A stretch of DNA of 62,433 bases from Trichosphaerium sp. ATCC 40318 (Eukaryota; Protista; Tubulinea): contig JALMLS010000102.1 in NCBI GenBank assembly GCA_038496445.1, positions 1 to 62,433 on the forward strand, given 5' to 3'. The translations under genes were made by a program, and so were the position numbers. How positions within the stretch are numbered: position 1 is the stretch's first letter; each line of letters opens with the position of its first letter. The notes below the pieces were generated by a model that made no database searches, had not been told where the DNA came from, and saw nothing but the letters and a program-made list of their open reading frames with translations. Below, piece after piece: positions 60,930 through 62,433 of this stretch.

Positions 60930-62410
60930 ATGGAGATAGCATTCTACATTCCAGAAATAGTTTTAGCGATTATGGAGCAAACAAATAGTTTTACATCGAT
61001 TATAGCCTTCTCAAGCACTCATAAGCAAGCTCGCAACATAATATGTTCTCCACAGAACACAAAACAATTGTTTAAAGCCCAATGGACCAATCCTTTGTTT
61101 TATGGACCAATCCGCGAATGGCCTAAAAAACTTGGAGGTACTGGTAACACATCTGGGTTTGATGGACTACAATACCTCTGCTTTGCATGTCATTTGGAGA
61201 AACAATACCAAGTAAGTCAACTCAAGTTTTTTTAAAGAGCAGTTGACCTAACTAAACACGTGATTGAAAATTTAGAGTGAGTGTAGAATAACAAAAAAAG
61301 GATTTGAAAGAGTACTCGATATCAATACATGAGAACTGATTACTCCACCACCTCTTTCTTGGGATGTCCCTACTTATTACTATCGCCCTACTTTCGACTA
61401 TGTGCTTTGGAATAAAACCACATATGGAGACGTATACAATACCGGTGATATAGTGTTGAGTGTCAACTCGAACACATCATCATACACTGGTTTTTGTAAA
61501 AAAACCAAAAATAAGTTTGGAGTATAGGATTAGAACCTTTGGGGAGGCAATATAGGCATGCATATGATCATCAAAGTACGACGATGGTTATACTAGATAC
61601 AAGTAAAGATGTAAAGAAGAGATATATGTATTGCGTTAACCTAAAGGATGGTACGACATATAGGAATACCTTGGTCACTTAAAGGTGTTTATTTAGGTTC
61701 TATAATGTGGAAAAAAGATGTACTACACTTGTGTCCTTATAGTCAAATAGTATATTTATTCAGCCCTAACGATAAGTTCATTTATATGCAAAGTAACAAA
61801 ACAAATACTGCAGTACTTGATATCCAAACTGGCAAAGAAATTGGTGCACTGAATCATCCTGTCACAATGTCACCACTCAAAATGATCATATATTTATAAC
61901 CAACAAAGACTTCATTTACAAGTATAAGAAGACAAGAACATATTCAACCTTGTATGGAAGAAAAAAGTAATACCTAGATGTTGTCCAGCTATTTACCATT
62001 TTTCCAATGGCTTTATTCTATTGGAGATGTATAGAATCTTGTATGATAGTGATGTTCATCTTAATCTTATTGACAAAGAAGGGAATACAATATGGGAAAC
62101 AAATACATACAAAAGCAAAAAAATTTGGCTATCATCCTGTCAGAGTTCAAATCAGAGGAAAACACGGGATTGTAGTACAATCAATTGCATCTTCAGTAGT
62201 ATGTGAACATATTGGTTGGAATGGTTCAAAAAAATGGAGGTATGATACTGAATCAAGTCAAAATAATTAGAGCTATCATCATTTGTAGCCTCAGGACGGG
62301 TTGACTATAAACTAATATAGACACAAAAGTTTGTAACGATCATCTACCTTGGAATCAGTACTGGTTTGATTACCATCTGGTATAATAGATAATAAACACT
62401 TTAAAATGTA
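60930..62410 (+). pseudogene. F-box-like + beta-propeller-like gene with a stop and several frameshifts (pseudogene or low-quality contig end)
   Basis: FYIPEIVLAIM..FSST.K F-box-like start; in-frame TGA near 61330; fragmented beta-strand-rich ORFs (VLDIQTGKEI, LIDKEGNTIW); almost no introns. Confidence 0.5.
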
Positions 62411-62433
62411 CGCTACTAACAAAAGGGGGTCAC

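Noticed and set aside
1-62433. Alternative genetic code to explain the fragmented ORFs
   Set aside because: Stops fall inside short GT/GC-AG introns, and conserved proteins splice cleanly with the standard code.
10557-62433. tRNA, rRNA or snRNA genes
   Set aside because: None were recognisable by eye; tRNAscan-SE or Infernal would be needed to exclude them.

Overview
This is gene-dense nuclear DNA from an aerobic eukaryote with the standard genetic code and many short introns (about 40-100 nt, mostly GTACG/GTAAG...YAG). The gene content (family-3 GPCR, PAK-like kinase, bacterial-type GH13, giant-virus-like genes) suggests an amoeboid protist, but that is inference. The ORF track is fragmented by introns, so gene models were spliced by eye and many 5' ends are approximate. 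Bases 1-10556 form a near-perfect palindrome with an 81-nt spacer (5237-5317). It duplicates part of a mucin-like gene, a YcgL/RlaP-type nucleotidyltransferase and a CpG-decayed LINE RT carrying a 1-kb TIR element. The remainder holds about 25 genes, including INCENP, STN1, a class IV sirtuin, a secreted ADP-ribosylhydrolase, GST, RTN4IP1, a DUSP, a TMEM104-like transporter, an R3H-EEP fusion and an intronless F-box/MORN2 gene. The most striking feature is four paralogues of an uncharacterised family. Each has 3-5 tandem ~70-aa Trp/Tyr repeats encoded as phase-conserved exon modules, and three end in a DUF559/Vsr-like PD-(D/E)XK endonuclease domain.
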